A stretch of DNA of 64,000 bases from NCBI GenBank assembly GCA_039630575.1, contig JBCNUW010000006.1, forward strand, positions 1 through 64,000, read 5' to 3'. The position numbers and the translations under genes are program-made. The notes below the pieces were generated by a model. It was given only the letters and a program-made list of their open reading frames with translations. It was not told the DNA's origin and made no database searches. Source of the stretch: Candidatus Hydrothermales bacterium (lineage in GTDB: Bacteria; Hydrothermota; Hydrothermia; Hydrothermales; JAJRUZ01). Within the stretch, counting starts at the first letter, position 1, and each line of letters starts with the position of its first letter. This document shows positions 19,265 through 29,310 of this stretch, in pieces.

Positions 19265-21992
19265 TTAAAAATAATTTTTTTTCTATTAAAAAAATCTTTT
19301 TCTTTAAAATTTCTTTATTTTTCTTTTCTATAGTTAAAAAGTATTGGCCTGAAGCAAGGTTAAAGTTTAACTTATTTAATCCACTTTTATAATTTTTATT
19401 TAAAACCCTTCTCCCTCTTAAATCATAAAGCTTTAACTTAAATGCAAAGTCCGAAATAACTATCAAATTATTTCCAATTACATTAAGAACAAAGTCAGAT
19501 TCTTCAGGAAATTCTGTAACTTTCTGATATCTTTCTAAAATTGATTTACCAGTTATTCTGTTTTTATTCCTGTCCATGAAAAATAGTGTATCAGGTGTAA
19601 TAGTGTCTCCTTCTGAAACTGTTGGATTTCCTCCAGAGGTTGAGAATTGAATTAAAAAAATTGTGTCATTTAAAAGTTCACTTCTTAAGATTTCACCGCT
19701 TCCACTTAACCATGAGTGGTTGAAGGATAACTTAAAAACTGAGTTAATATTTGAGCTATTCACATCATCTAAAATATTAATTGGCTCTGAAAACTCAATT
19801 AAAGTGTGATCAAAAATAGAATTTGGGTTTACAGAGTAGGGCCTGAAGTCATAAAAAATTGAAGAATAAATTTTAGGTCTTTGTTTATCTAAAGAACCTT
19901 CAGTTTTTATTTTTTGAGGTATTATTCTGTTTCCTGCCAGATCTTCAATTTTATTTCTATTTGATATAAAAATAGAATCATCCCTTAGAAGCGGCTCTTT
20001 TCCCTCACCGATAAATAAAACCACAAAAATTTCAGGAGATTTCCAAATTGTCTCTAAACTGTAGCCCTCACTTATCCATGATCTGTTTTTCAATGGAAAC
20101 CAGAAGTCAAGAGATTCCGGTGGAATAATAGGCATGTTTGTCCTCTCAGAGAAGATCATAATTACACTGTCTCCTGTTTCAACACCATCCCTGTAAAAGA
20201 TTCCGTCAGAAAGTAGAGTTCTTTTTAATTTAGGTGGAATGAAATCATCATAGGAACCATAAATTAAAGAAGAGGAAAGCCTTTTGTTGCCCCATCTATC
20301 ACTTATAAATCTTTTTAAAATTTTTATAGTATCACCATTCTGTGGTGGTACAAGAGAATTATATAAAAATACTTCTAAAGTATCAGGACTTTTCCATCTT
20401 ATTGAATCGCTTCCAAGTAGTGTTTTACCACCTGAAATGTAAAATAAAGTATCAATTCCTGATATACCAATATAGGGTGTATCGGTTTCCTCACTAAAAA
20501 CTATTACAAGTCTATCATCAAAATCAATTCCATTGTGTGAAAAGTTTCCATCACTTATAAAAGAATTTAATATGTATGGTCCTGTTGTATCTAAATCATA
20601 GGTAAAATAAATCCTGTCAACAAAGGGTGTTTTGTTATTCTCTGTTTTGTATATTTTTATTCTGTACTGAAAATAAATAAATTTGGGATTAAGGTGTGCA
20701 ATTGTGTCACCATCTTGAAGATAAGGGACATAATTCCAAGATGTTGCAGTTTGAAGCGAATCTAAAGTATCTCCTCTTATTTGGATTTTCACGTTGCTTA
20801 TATTTTCTCCCTCTACATATACTCTTTTAAAAAGTGTTTTACCTTCCTTTTTGCTACGAGAAATAAAAATTGAGGATTCTATAAAGCCTGAATCTGAATA
20901 AAAAGATTTAAAAATTTTTGCCGGATTAGTTGTACCAACAAGGAGTTCATAATCAGATGTCTGAAATATGGTAAAGGCCTTTGGAACAGATCCCAAGATT
21001 TCAAATTTTTTGCCATCAGTGCTTCTATAGATCTTGTTGAGTGTTGCAGCATAGAGATTTTTATCTTTTCCAAGGGTTAAACCATTAAAGATAGGAGAAT
21101 TGTCAAAATATATTGTAGTATCAATAATTTTTGTCCTTACATTAAAGAGCCTGACTAAACTGCTTTCTGCTTTATTTATAGGTATATAGACATAGTCCGG
21201 ATTTGATCTAAAAGTAACCTCACCTGCTTCAAAGGATTTCCAAAAGGGATAATAATTATACCAGTTTCCTTCAGGAGGGTTATAATCTGAATAGTATATA
21301 TTTCTAAGTCCGCTTAAGTAAAATACACCCAAAAGGAAGGTATCTAATAGGTAATTATCAGGTACAAGAACAACTTTCTCAGCTGCTATACCAGGTGATA
21401 TTTGATAAGTTGAATAAGTTGAAAAAAGGTCATTTGATTTTATAAACTGATAACTTCCTTTTGAAAAGGCAGTTATATAATTAGGCGGAAAGTTTTCAAT
21501 GAATCCGTATATGTTTTGAATACCACTTATCTGTAAGGGTGGCCATAACCAGCTGTTTGAATTTTTATCAAACTTGTAAATAAATCCAACCTCAGCTGCG
21601 TATCTTTTTCCACACACAATGAAGAAGTTGCCCCTTTTTAATATATCATTAACAGATTCTACCATAAAGTATTGTGGATAGGGAAAATCTGGGAAACTTT
21701 GAAGATTTATAAGGTCAGAGCTAAAAAAGATTTTACCAGTAGGATAAGATTTTAAAAAATAATAAATGTTATTTATCTCTTTTATCCTTGTAACTCTTGA
21801 GAGAGTTGAGGTATCTAATTGAAAAACTTGAAGGAAGCCCTTGTAGGTGAGAGATAAACTGCCACGAGGTTTATGTGTATCAAGATTCACTAAATTTAAG
21901 TACTTAGTGGTATCGTAAAAATAAAACTGATTTCCTCCACCTTCCCAGTTGCCCTGTGCCCACATATAACTTATAATTATTTTTATAATCAT
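19254..21992 (-). CDS. Large secreted protein with three Ig-like repeats and a T9SS type-A-like tail
   Basis: Start moved from 22028 to ATG 21992 (TATAAT-6-ATG; avoids head-to-head overlap). Three ~115-aa repeats; C-terminal LYDLRGRRV...LASGQYFL. Confidence 0.7.
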   Translation of the reverse strand: MIIKIIISYMWAQGNWEGGGNQFYFYDTTKYLNLVNLDTHKPRGSLSLTYKGFLQVFQLDTSTLSRVTRIKEINNIYYFLKSYPTGKIFFSSDLINLQSFPDFPYPQYFMVESVNDILKRGNFFIVCGKRYAAEVGFIYKFDKNSNSWLWPPLQISGIQNIYGFIENFPPNYITAFSKGSYQFIKSNDLFSTYSTYQISPGIAAEKVVLVPDNYLLDTFLLGVFYLSGLRNIYYSDYNPPEGNWYNYYPFWKSFEAGEVTFRSNPDYVYIPINKAESSLVRLFNVRTKIIDTTIYFDNSPIFNGLTLGKDKNLYAATLNKIYRSTDGKKFEILGSVPKAFTIFQTSDYELLVGTTNPAKIFKSFYSDSGFIESSIFISRSKKEGKTLFKRVYVEGENISNVKIQIRGDTLDSLQTATSWNYVPYLQDGDTIAHLNPKFIYFQYRIKIYKTENNKTPFVDRIYFTYDLDTTGPYILNSFISDGNFSHNGIDFDDRLVIVFSEETDTPYIGISGIDTLFYISGGKTLLGSDSIRWKSPDTLEVFLYNSLVPPQNGDTIKILKRFISDRWGNKRLSSSLIYGSYDDFIPPKLKRTLLSDGIFYRDGVETGDSVIMIFSERTNMPIIPPESLDFWFPLKNRSWISEGYSLETIWKSPEIFVVLFIGEGKEPLLRDDSIFISNRNKIEDLAGNRIIPQKIKTEGSLDKQRPKIYSSIFYDFRPYSVNPNSIFDHTLIEFSEPINILDDVNSSNINSVFKLSFNHSWLSGSGEILRSELLNDTIFLIQFSTSGGNPTVSEGDTITPDTLFFMDRNKNRITGKSILERYQKVTEFPEESDFVLNVIGNNLIVISDFAFKLKLYDLRGRRVLNKNYKSGLNKLNFNLASGQYFLTIEKKNKEILKKKIFLIEKKLFLNER

Positions 21993-22026
21993 TATAAAAT
22001 TATAAAGGAAAGAAAAAAATTTTGCC

Positions 22027-22953
22027 ATGAGTATTAAGTGTCCTCTTTGTTTTTCTCAAAATTCTATCTTTTTTATAAAAATTAAGTTCTTAAACCTTAA
22101 ATCCTACTTTTATCTTTATAAATGTAAAGATTGTTCACTTCTCTTTAATTTTCCAACATACAGCGATAGGGAATTAAAGAGAATGTATAGCAAAAATTAC
22201 TACTTCTTTTTGAGAGATGAGATTTCCGAATTAAAAAGAGTTTCCCTTCTATATAAAAGAGTTTTTTCTAATCTTAACTTTTCCGAAAACTCAAAAATTA
22301 TTGAAATTGGCTGCGGCAAAGGTTACTTTCTAAATATCTTAAAACAAATCGGTTACTCTGTCAAGGGAGTCGAAATATCAAAAGAAGCAAGTGTTTATGC
22401 CCAAAAAAAGTTCAATATTGAAGTTTTTAACGGATCCATTGAAGAATACACTAAATTTAGTATTGAAAAATACGATCTTATTCTTTTAATTGATATAATT
22501 GAGCATATTAAAGATCCTCACTCTTTTATGAATTCCCTTAAACTTATCTCTAAAAAAGGAACTACACTTGTAATAGATACACCTAATTCTGAATCACGAG
22601 ATATTCATATATATAAGGAGAAATTTACAGGATTTAACCCCTACCATATAAGGCTTTACAGTTTGAATTCTCTTACTTATCTGCTTAAGCTCTATGGATT
22701 TTCTATTCTTAATTATTTTTATTACAGCAATGGAAGTATTAATCTGTTTAGAGAAAGGCTAAGAAGTTTTTTATATCTTTTTCAAGTTAACACGATCTTT
22801 GATAAGCTCAAAATAGTTTTAAAAGAAACTTTCAGAAATAAAGAAAAATTATTAGAAGAAATTTTGGTTGAAATAAAGAATTATGATAAAAAAAGTTTTT
22901 TAGAAAATTTAAAAGGAGATACTAATATTTTACTTTATGCCTACAAAGAATAA
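22027..22953 (+). CDS. Class I SAM-dependent methyltransferase with N-terminal Zn ribbon
   Basis: CPLC...CKDC, EIGCGKG, DIIEHIKDP, TPN. Confidence 0.88.
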   Translation: MSIKCPLCFSQNSIFFIKIKFLNLKSYFYLYKCKDCSLLFNFPTYSDRELKRMYSKNYYFFLRDEISELKRVSLLYKRVFSNLNFSENSKIIEIGCGKGYFLNILKQIGYSVKGVEISKEASVYAQKKFNIEVFNGSIEEYTKFSIEKYDLILLIDIIEHIKDPHSFMNSLKLISKKGTTLVIDTPNSESRDIHIYKEKFTGFNPYHIRLYSLNSLTYLLKLYGFSILNYFYYSNGSINLFRERLRSFLYLFQVNTIFDKLKIVLKETFRNKEKLLEEILVEIKNYDKKSFLENLKGDTNILLYAYKE

Positions 22954-23948
22954 TATGATAATATCTCATTTATATAATTTTCAAAATTAAATTTTTCGAT
23001 AACCCTTATTCTTGCCTTTTTACCTAATTCTAATCTTAAATCTTTATTTTTTATTAGAATTTCGATTTTATTCTTCAAATCCATGAGGTCTTTATTTCTA
23101 ACTAAAAAACCCGATATTCCATCTTCTATTATCTCAGGAATTGCTCTCTCACCAAAAGCAATACAAGGAAGTTCAGAGCTCATTGCCTCAATTAAGGAAA
23201 AACCAAGTGCCTCTCCATAGGAAGGAAAGACATAAATATCTGAAGCAAAAAGAAGTGGTCTTATATCCTCAGTGAATTCAAGAAAAAAAACATTTTTACC
23301 TTTTATTTTTTTTAAATCGTTATAATACCCTTTATCCTCAACATGACCTTGAAAAAAAAGTTTTATGTTTTCAAATTCTTTAGATAATTCATTGAAAACT
23401 ATCAATAATTCCTTTTGCCCTTTTTTTTCTTCAATTCTTGAAGTGTTTGATATTACTATATCTTCATCCCTTATCTTAAACTCATTCCTGAAACTTTTTC
23501 TCAAATTAATATCTTTCTTAAAGAATCCTGTATCTACACCAGGATAAATTAAAATTATCCTGTTTTCCTCTATTGGTAAATTTTCATATAGTTCCTTTTT
23601 AACTATTTCTGATATTGCAAAAATTTTATCAATTTTTCTGTATATAATTCTATGATATAAATCTTTTTTTGAAACAGAAAGACCCATCATGTTAGTGTGA
23701 TAAAATTTCTTTGCTTTCAATAAAAGAGAATAAACAAGATCCGATGATCTAAAAAAATGAACTATGTCCCATTTTCTTAAAAGAATTTCTCTAAATTTTA
23801 AAACCCTCAAATTTGTAAACAGTTCTGAAGATTTCGGAAAAAAAAGGTAAATATCAACATTTTTTTCTTTTAGCTTTTGTGCAATTTTAAGAAAGTATAT
23901 CTCAAGTCCACCTTTTGATTTTGAATTGAGAAAATAAAGAACTTTCAT
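22941..23948 (-). CDS. Glycosyltransferase family 4
   Basis: GGLE, RIEEKKG, PSYGEALGFSLIEAM (EX7E). Confidence 0.92.
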   Translation of the reverse strand: MKVLYFLNSKSKGGLEIYFLKIAQKLKEKNVDIYLFFPKSSELFTNLRVLKFREILLRKWDIVHFFRSSDLVYSLLLKAKKFYHTNMMGLSVSKKDLYHRIIYRKIDKIFAISEIVKKELYENLPIEENRIILIYPGVDTGFFKKDINLRKSFRNEFKIRDEDIVISNTSRIEEKKGQKELLIVFNELSKEFENIKLFFQGHVEDKGYYNDLKKIKGKNVFFLEFTEDIRPLLFASDIYVFPSYGEALGFSLIEAMSSELPCIAFGERAIPEIIEDGISGFLVRNKDLMDLKNKIEILIKNKDLRLELGKKARIRVIEKFNFENYINEILSYYSL

Positions 23949-24652
23949 TTAAATAAAAATACGTCCTCCTTTATTTTTTTCACACTGTAGCCTATATTAG
24001 AAAGAAAAAGAAAAGTATTTTTCTTTATATCCTCACCATGAAAGCTTATTAGAATTTTTGGTTTTTTAAGGTTTAAAAGGTTTACTGCACCTTTTAATAC
24101 TTCAAATTCAGCACCCTCAACATCTATTTTAATGAAATCAGGAAAATATAGTTTTTTCTTAAAGCATAGGTAATCTAAAGTAAAGGCAGATACCTTTAAA
24201 ATTCCGTTTTCTTTAATTTTGCCTTCAGTTCTATTATCTTTAACATCAAAGTTAAATTTTTTATTTTCAGAATAAACTGCTATATTTAAGATTTTAACAT
24301 TTTTAATTCTGTTTAATCTTATATGTTCCTTTAAAAAGTAAAAATTCCTCGGTTCAGGTTCAAAAGAGTAAACTAATTTAGCAAATTTTGAAAATAAAAG
24401 AGTGTAGTAACCTATATGGGCACCTACGTCATAGTATACTATGTTATGTTCTAATTCTTTTGTTAATTTTTTAATAACTTCTTTCTCATATATTCCTAAC
24501 CATTGTGAAATGAGTCCTGAACCATAAACGATTCTTAAATTTTTTACTGGTCCTGTCAAAATTCTAACTTTACTTCTTAGAGGAATTGTTCTGAAAGGTA
24601 TTCTGATTAGTTTTCCTAAATTTGTTCTATAATGAAAAATATTATTAAAAAA

Positions 24653-24682
<30 letters not shown>
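23945..24682 (-). CDS. FkbM family methyltransferase (start uncertain)
   Basis: DVGAHIG, FEPEPRN, IKIDVEGAE. The only in-frame ATG lies inside tRNA-Gly; alternatives are ATT 24640 or TTG 24559. Confidence 0.88.
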
Positions 24683-24725
<43 letters not shown>

Positions 24726-24733
24726 TTTTTTAT

Positions 24734-24762
24734 ATTATAAATTAAATTTTTTTAAAAATCAA
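24734..24762 (-). promoter_or_regulatory. Sigma70 promoter for tRNA-Gly
   Basis: TTGATT-17-TATAAT, ending 8 nt before the tRNA 5' end. Confidence 0.7.
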
Positions 24763-24764
24763 AA

Positions 24765-25352
24765 CTATTTTTTTGCTTTTACATATATATTAAATCCAAA
24801 TTCAAAGTAACCTGCTTCAATATTTTTCTCACTAAAACCTGCCTTCATTAAAAATTTTATTATTTCTTTTTTTGTGAAAAGTTTTTTATGTTCCAAAATC
24901 TCTTCATGACTTACAATCTTTAGTCTTGCCATGGTTTTTAAAATGAAATCAGAGAAATAATTTGGTGTTGTTAAGATCAAAAATCCTCCTTTCTTTAAAA
25001 TTCTTTTTATTTCTTTAAAGACTTTTAAAATTTTTGTTCTTTCTATATGTTCAAAAACTGCCAAGGAAGTAACAACATCAAATGTTTCATCCTTAAAAGG
25101 AAGATAATCAATTTTTTCAATATTTACATTTATAATTCTTATTTCTTTGACATTTTCCGATTTTATTTTATCAATACCTATTTTGGTTTTAAAGTTAGTT
25201 TTTGTTAAAAAATATGGGAAAAGTCCACAACCAATGTCAAGTATTGAACCTGATCTTTTATCAATCGGTATTAAAGAGTCAGCTTTCTTTGCTCTCAATA
25301 CCGCTAAATAGTTTTCAATAAAAGATGAACCCCTTGTATATTTTTTCTTCAT
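24765..25352 (-). CDS. Class I SAM-dependent methyltransferase
   Basis: ILDIGCG, LPFKDETFDVV, VFEHI, LKKGG, TTPN; TATAAT-7-ATG. Confidence 0.88.
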   Translation of the reverse strand: MKKKYTRGSSFIENYLAVLRAKKADSLIPIDKRSGSILDIGCGLFPYFLTKTNFKTKIGIDKIKSENVKEIRIINVNIEKIDYLPFKDETFDVVTSLAVFEHIERTKILKVFKEIKRILKKGGFLILTTPNYFSDFILKTMARLKIVSHEEILEHKKLFTKKEIIKFLMKAGFSEKNIEAGYFEFGFNIYVKAKK

Positions 25353-25407
25353 TTTTTTTATTATAAGTCAATTGATTGAAGAATTTAATTTGGTTTATCA
25401 TAAAATT

Positions 25408-27048
25408 TTGAAAAAATTTATTTTAATTGTCCGGTTTTTTTATATTCTATTTGTAATCTTTGGTCTTATCTTAATAGTTACTTCTTTTGGTATAACCTTT
25501 TTAAAAATAAAACCATCCGGATTTGAGCCTATACAGCCTTTTCTTCTTATTTCAGGAATACTTTTTATAATTTTATCCTACTCACTCAATCTTTTTTTCA
25601 AGAAAAGAATAAAAAAGCTATATACTATCTCAGCCATATTTTCAATTTTCTCTTTTCTCTTAGGATATTGGTATATTGGTGTAGAAGAAAGATTTAATCC
25701 AGTTCTATATGGATTTTTTAATAAATTCTGGGTGGTTTTAGCAATTTTAATTATATTTTTTATTTTTTGTCTTTTTCTTTTCTTTGCGCTATTTTCCCTT
25801 AGATTAGTATTAAAAGAAAAAAAATTTATAAAACCATTTATATTTTCACACTTATATATAGTTTTACTTATCTTTTTTTCTTGTCTAATACTTGAGAAAT
25901 TGAGTTCTTTTACAGTTCCACCTTGGCCTTACTATAAACTGAGACCTATGCTAGTAACAAAGGAATGGGCTCAAAGGATTGGAGGGAAGTTTAACTCCTT
26001 TGGTTTAAGGGATAAAGAAAGAAAGATCAGAAAGTCTTACGGTAAAAAGAGAATAATTTTTTTAGGAGATTCATTTTTAGAGGGAATTTTTTGTAAGAAT
26101 ACCCTTTCAGGATATTGTGAGGATTCTCTTTTAAAGTTTGGTATTAATTTCATTGAATGTGTAAATTTTGGTGTTAGTAATACAGATATAAGACATTACT
26201 TTTATAGGTTAAAAGAGATTGGACTTAAGATGTCTCCTGATGCTGTTTTTTTATTTTTTGCATCTCAGAATGATTTTGTTAAAGTAGGTTATGGTAATAA
26301 GCCTATACCACTTGTAGCTGAGCATCCTTTACCTTCCTTGTTAGGAAAGTTAATGCCTCGTTTTACCTGGTTAGTAATAAATAGAACTCAATTTCCCCTT
26401 TTTGTTTCAAAAGCAAGGAAAGTTAAAGATGAGTTTGAATATTTAAAAGAGGTTGCAAGATTACCTTATAGTGAGGGTGTTAGATTGCTTTCAGAGTATA
26501 TGAGTAAATTTTATTTTCCTGATGTTCATCCGGAAAAAATAGAGGAAATCTTACGTAGGGGAGGAGAGAATTTGTGGAATGAATTAAAAGAAAAAAAGGA
26601 GGATCAAGAATATTTGACCGGAAAATGGATTGAAAGCTTGATAAAAAGCGCCTTAAGAAAAGAAAAGAAAGGTAGAATGGATACCAAAGTTGATTTTAAA
26701 ATGGTAGAAGCGACAGCAAGTTGGATTTTAAAGATGAACGAGGAGTTAAAGAAAAAAAATATAGTTTTATATGTTTTTCTAATCCCTTTTGCAATAGATG
26801 TTGACCCTTCTTATAAAGAATACTTTAAAGCTTTTATAAATGAAGAAGATTTTAAATCTCAGAGGATTTTAAGAGAAAGACTTTTTGATCTACTTAAAAG
26901 TAAAGGTGTGAATGTTATAGATTTAAAAGAAGTCTTAAATGGAATAGAAAGGTCTTACAGGAAGTGGGACAGTCACTTTACTGAAAAAGGTCATAGGATT
27001 GTAGCCAAAAAAGTTTTGGAAATTATAGATATTCTTTTTTTAAAATAG
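25408..27048 (+). CDS. Membrane-anchored SGNH/GDSL-fold protein
   Basis: N-terminal TM helices; NSFGLRD, FLGDSF, NFGV, ND, DSHFTEKGH. Start moved to TTG 25408 (TTGATT-18-TATCAT-6-TTG). Confidence 0.8.
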   Translation: MKKFILIVRFFYILFVIFGLILIVTSFGITFLKIKPSGFEPIQPFLLISGILFIILSYSLNLFFKKRIKKLYTISAIFSIFSFLLGYWYIGVEERFNPVLYGFFNKFWVVLAILIIFFIFCLFLFFALFSLRLVLKEKKFIKPFIFSHLYIVLLIFFSCLILEKLSSFTVPPWPYYKLRPMLVTKEWAQRIGGKFNSFGLRDKERKIRKSYGKKRIIFLGDSFLEGIFCKNTLSGYCEDSLLKFGINFIECVNFGVSNTDIRHYFYRLKEIGLKMSPDAVFLFFASQNDFVKVGYGNKPIPLVAEHPLPSLLGKLMPRFTWLVINRTQFPLFVSKARKVKDEFEYLKEVARLPYSEGVRLLSEYMSKFYFPDVHPEKIEEILRRGGENLWNELKEKKEDQEYLTGKWIESLIKSALRKEKKGRMDTKVDFKMVEATASWILKMNEELKKKNIVLYVFLIPFAIDVDPSYKEYFKAFINEEDFKSQRILRERLFDLLKSKGVNVIDLKEVLNGIERSYRKWDSHFTEKGHRIVAKKVLEIIDILFLK

Positions 27049-27052
27049 ATTT

Positions 27053-27256
27053 ATGAAGAATTTTTTGCAAAACTTTTATAACTTTTTTGTTTCCTTTTCT
27101 ATTCGATTCAGAGTAGCAAAGGCTCTTTTGTTTTTTCTATGGAGAAATAGAATGTGGTGGTTAATTCCTATAGTTTTGATATTGCTTATATTTTTCTTTT
27201 TTGTTATTTTCTTGCAATCAAGTCCCCTTGGTCCTTTTATATATACTTTGTTTTAG
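27053..27256 (+). CDS. Small membrane protein, SxtK/DUF5989-like
   Basis: RNRMWWLIPI...SPLGPFIYTLF C-terminal signature. Confidence 0.85.
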   Translation: MKNFLQNFYNFFVSFSIRFRVAKALLFFLWRNRMWWLIPIVLILLIFFFFVIFLQSSPLGPFIYTLF

Positions 27257-27265
27257 GACTTAGAA

Positions 27266-27490
27266 ATGAAGAAATTCTCAGAAACTTTTTTTAAAATTTT
27301 AAAAGGTTTTTTTACCTTTATATTTGAATTAATTATAGGAATCTTTCTTTTACTTTTCTATTATTCAATTTTTGGAATAGTTGCAGTATTTTATCGATTA
27401 TTAAACCCTATTTACAAAAAGGAAAAATCAACTTGGTTGAAAAGTAAAATTGTGAGTCAAGGTTTGAAAGATTTTGAAAGTGAAGGATAG
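27266..27490 (+). CDS. Small membrane protein, SxtJ-like
   Basis: LLLFYYSIFGIVAVFYRLL...STW; adjacent to the carbamoyltransferase. Confidence 0.65.
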   Translation: MKKFSETFFKILKGFFTFIFELIIGIFLLLFYYSIFGIVAVFYRLLNPIYKKEKSTWLKSKIVSQGLKDFESEG

Positions 27491-27495
27491 TAAAA

Positions 27496-29310
27496 ATGGC
27501 AAGAATCCTTGGTCTTTCTTTCTTTTATCATGATTCAGCTGCAGCACTAACTATAGATGGCGAGCCAGTTGCATTAGCACAGGAAGAGCGTTTTTCAAGA
27601 AAGAAGGGTGATGCAGGCTTTCCTGAAAAGTCTATTGAATTTCTCTTAAAAGAAGCTGGTCTTTTAAGTAAAGATCTTGATTATGTTGTTTTCTATGAAA
27701 AACCTTTCTTGAAATTTGAAAGAGTGATTAAGACTCAGATTTTTAATTTTCCCTTTCATCCTTTTGTTTTTGCTGCTTCAATGAGAAATCTTTTAGGTGA
27801 GAAGTTATGGATAAGAGAGATCATATGCAACAAATTAAAAATATCACCAAAAAAGGTATTATTTTGTTCTCACCATTTATCCCATGCATCTTCTGCTTTT
27901 TTCCCTTCTCCTTTCGAAGAGGCAGCTATTCTTACTGTTGATGGAGTTGGGGAGTGGACTACAACAGCAATAAGTATAGGGCGCGGCAACAATATTGAAA
28001 TGATCAGGGAGATTTATTTCCCCCATTCCCTTGGTTTACTTTATTCTACCTTTACAGCCTTTTTGGGTTTTGAGATAAATGAAGGTGAGTATAAGGTTAT
28101 GGGAATGGCTCCTTATGGTTATCCAAAGTATGTTGATGAAGTAAAGAAACTTATTAATCTTTATAATGATGGTTCTTTTAGTTTAAATCTTGATTATTTT
28201 TCTTTTCATAAGTCTCTTGACAGGACTTATTCAGACAAGTTTTTGAAGCTATTTGGTAAGCCTCGTAAACCTGGGTCCAAGTTTTTTACCCGTGAAACTG
28301 GTTGGCCAAGTTACTTTGGAGAAAAACCAGATAAATACGAATATGAAAAGCAAGCCATAGAACAGGAAAATTATGCAAACATAGCAGCTTCAATTCAGAA
28401 TGTTTTAGAAGAAGCTCTTATAAATTTGGCAAGAGAAGCTTATAATATAACTAATCTTAAATACTTATGCTTAGGAGGGGGAGTTTCATTAAATTCTGTA
28501 GCCAACTGGAAGATTTTTAAAAATCTTCCTTTTGAAGAAATATTTATACAACCTGCTGCTGGGGATGCTGGTGGAGCTTTAGGAGCTGCGTTAAGTGTAG
28601 AGCATATTATGCTTGGTTCAAAGAGGAAGTTTGTTATGAAAAGCGCCTCTTTTGGAAAGAGTTATTCAATAGAAGAAATTAATCTCTTTTTATCTAAAAA
28701 CAACATAAAAAATATTGCAACCTATTACGAAGATGAAGATAAGTTAATAGAAAAAGTTGTGGAGGATCTTTTGGATGGAAAAGTAGTTGGGTGGTTTCAT
28801 GGAAAATTTGAGTGGGGGCCAAGGGCACTTGGTAACAGATCAATTCTTGCTGATCCGAGAATAAAGGAAATGAAAGATATTGTTAATACGAAAATTAAGT
28901 TTAGAGAACCTTATAGACCGTTTGCTCCCTCAGTGCTTATAGAACATGCAGAAGAGTTTTTTGAAGTTACAGAAAAGGAAAAATTACATTATCCTTTCAG
29001 ATTTATGCTCTATGTAGTTCCCGTTAAAAAAGACAAATGGGAAAAGATTAAAGCAGTTACTCATGTTGATTTTTCAGCAAGACCCCAATTTGTATATAGA
29101 GAAGAAAATCCAAGATACTATAAACTTATTTCAAAATTCTATAAAGAAACAGGTATTCCTATGATCCTTAACACTTCTTTTAATTTGAAGGGTGAACCTA
29201 TTGTAAATTCACCTGAAGATGCCTTTTCGACTTTTATTAGAAGTGGTTTGGATGTCCTTGTGATTGAGAATTTTATAATAAAGAAAGATTCTCTTCTTTA
29301 TGAAAAATGA
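27496..29310 (+). CDS. O-carbamoyltransferase (NodU/CmcH/SxtI family)
   Basis: YHDSAAAL, QEERFSRKK, HHLSHA, EGEYKVMGMAPYG, GPRALGNRS, KFREPYRPFAP, NTSFN. Confidence 0.95.
   Translation: MARILGLSFFYHDSAAALTIDGEPVALAQEERFSRKKGDAGFPEKSIEFLLKEAGLLSKDLDYVVFYEKPFLKFERVIKTQIFNFPFHPFVFAASMRNLLGEKLWIREIICNKLKISPKKVLFCSHHLSHASSAFFPSPFEEAAILTVDGVGEWTTTAISIGRGNNIEMIREIYFPHSLGLLYSTFTAFLGFEINEGEYKVMGMAPYGYPKYVDEVKKLINLYNDGSFSLNLDYFSFHKSLDRTYSDKFLKLFGKPRKPGSKFFTRETGWPSYFGEKPDKYEYEKQAIEQENYANIAASIQNVLEEALINLAREAYNITNLKYLCLGGGVSLNSVANWKIFKNLPFEEIFIQPAAGDAGGALGAALSVEHIMLGSKRKFVMKSASFGKSYSIEEINLFLSKNNIKNIATYYEDEDKLIEKVVEDLLDGKVVGWFHGKFEWGPRALGNRSILADPRIKEMKDIVNTKIKFREPYRPFAPSVLIEHAEEFFEVTEKEKLHYPFRFMLYVVPVKKDKWEKIKAVTHVDFSARPQFVYREENPRYYKLISKFYKETGIPMILNTSFNLKGEPIVNSPEDAFSTFIRSGLDVLVIENFIIKKDSLLYEK

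Noticed and set aside
21993..22028. Head-to-head overlap of two start codons at 22027/22028
   Set aside because: The in-frame ATG at 21992, with a -10 box and hydrophobic N-terminus, is the more plausible start.
25408..29310. Saxitoxin biosynthesis
   Set aside because: No sxtA, sxtG or other core genes; the context is envelope glycan modification.
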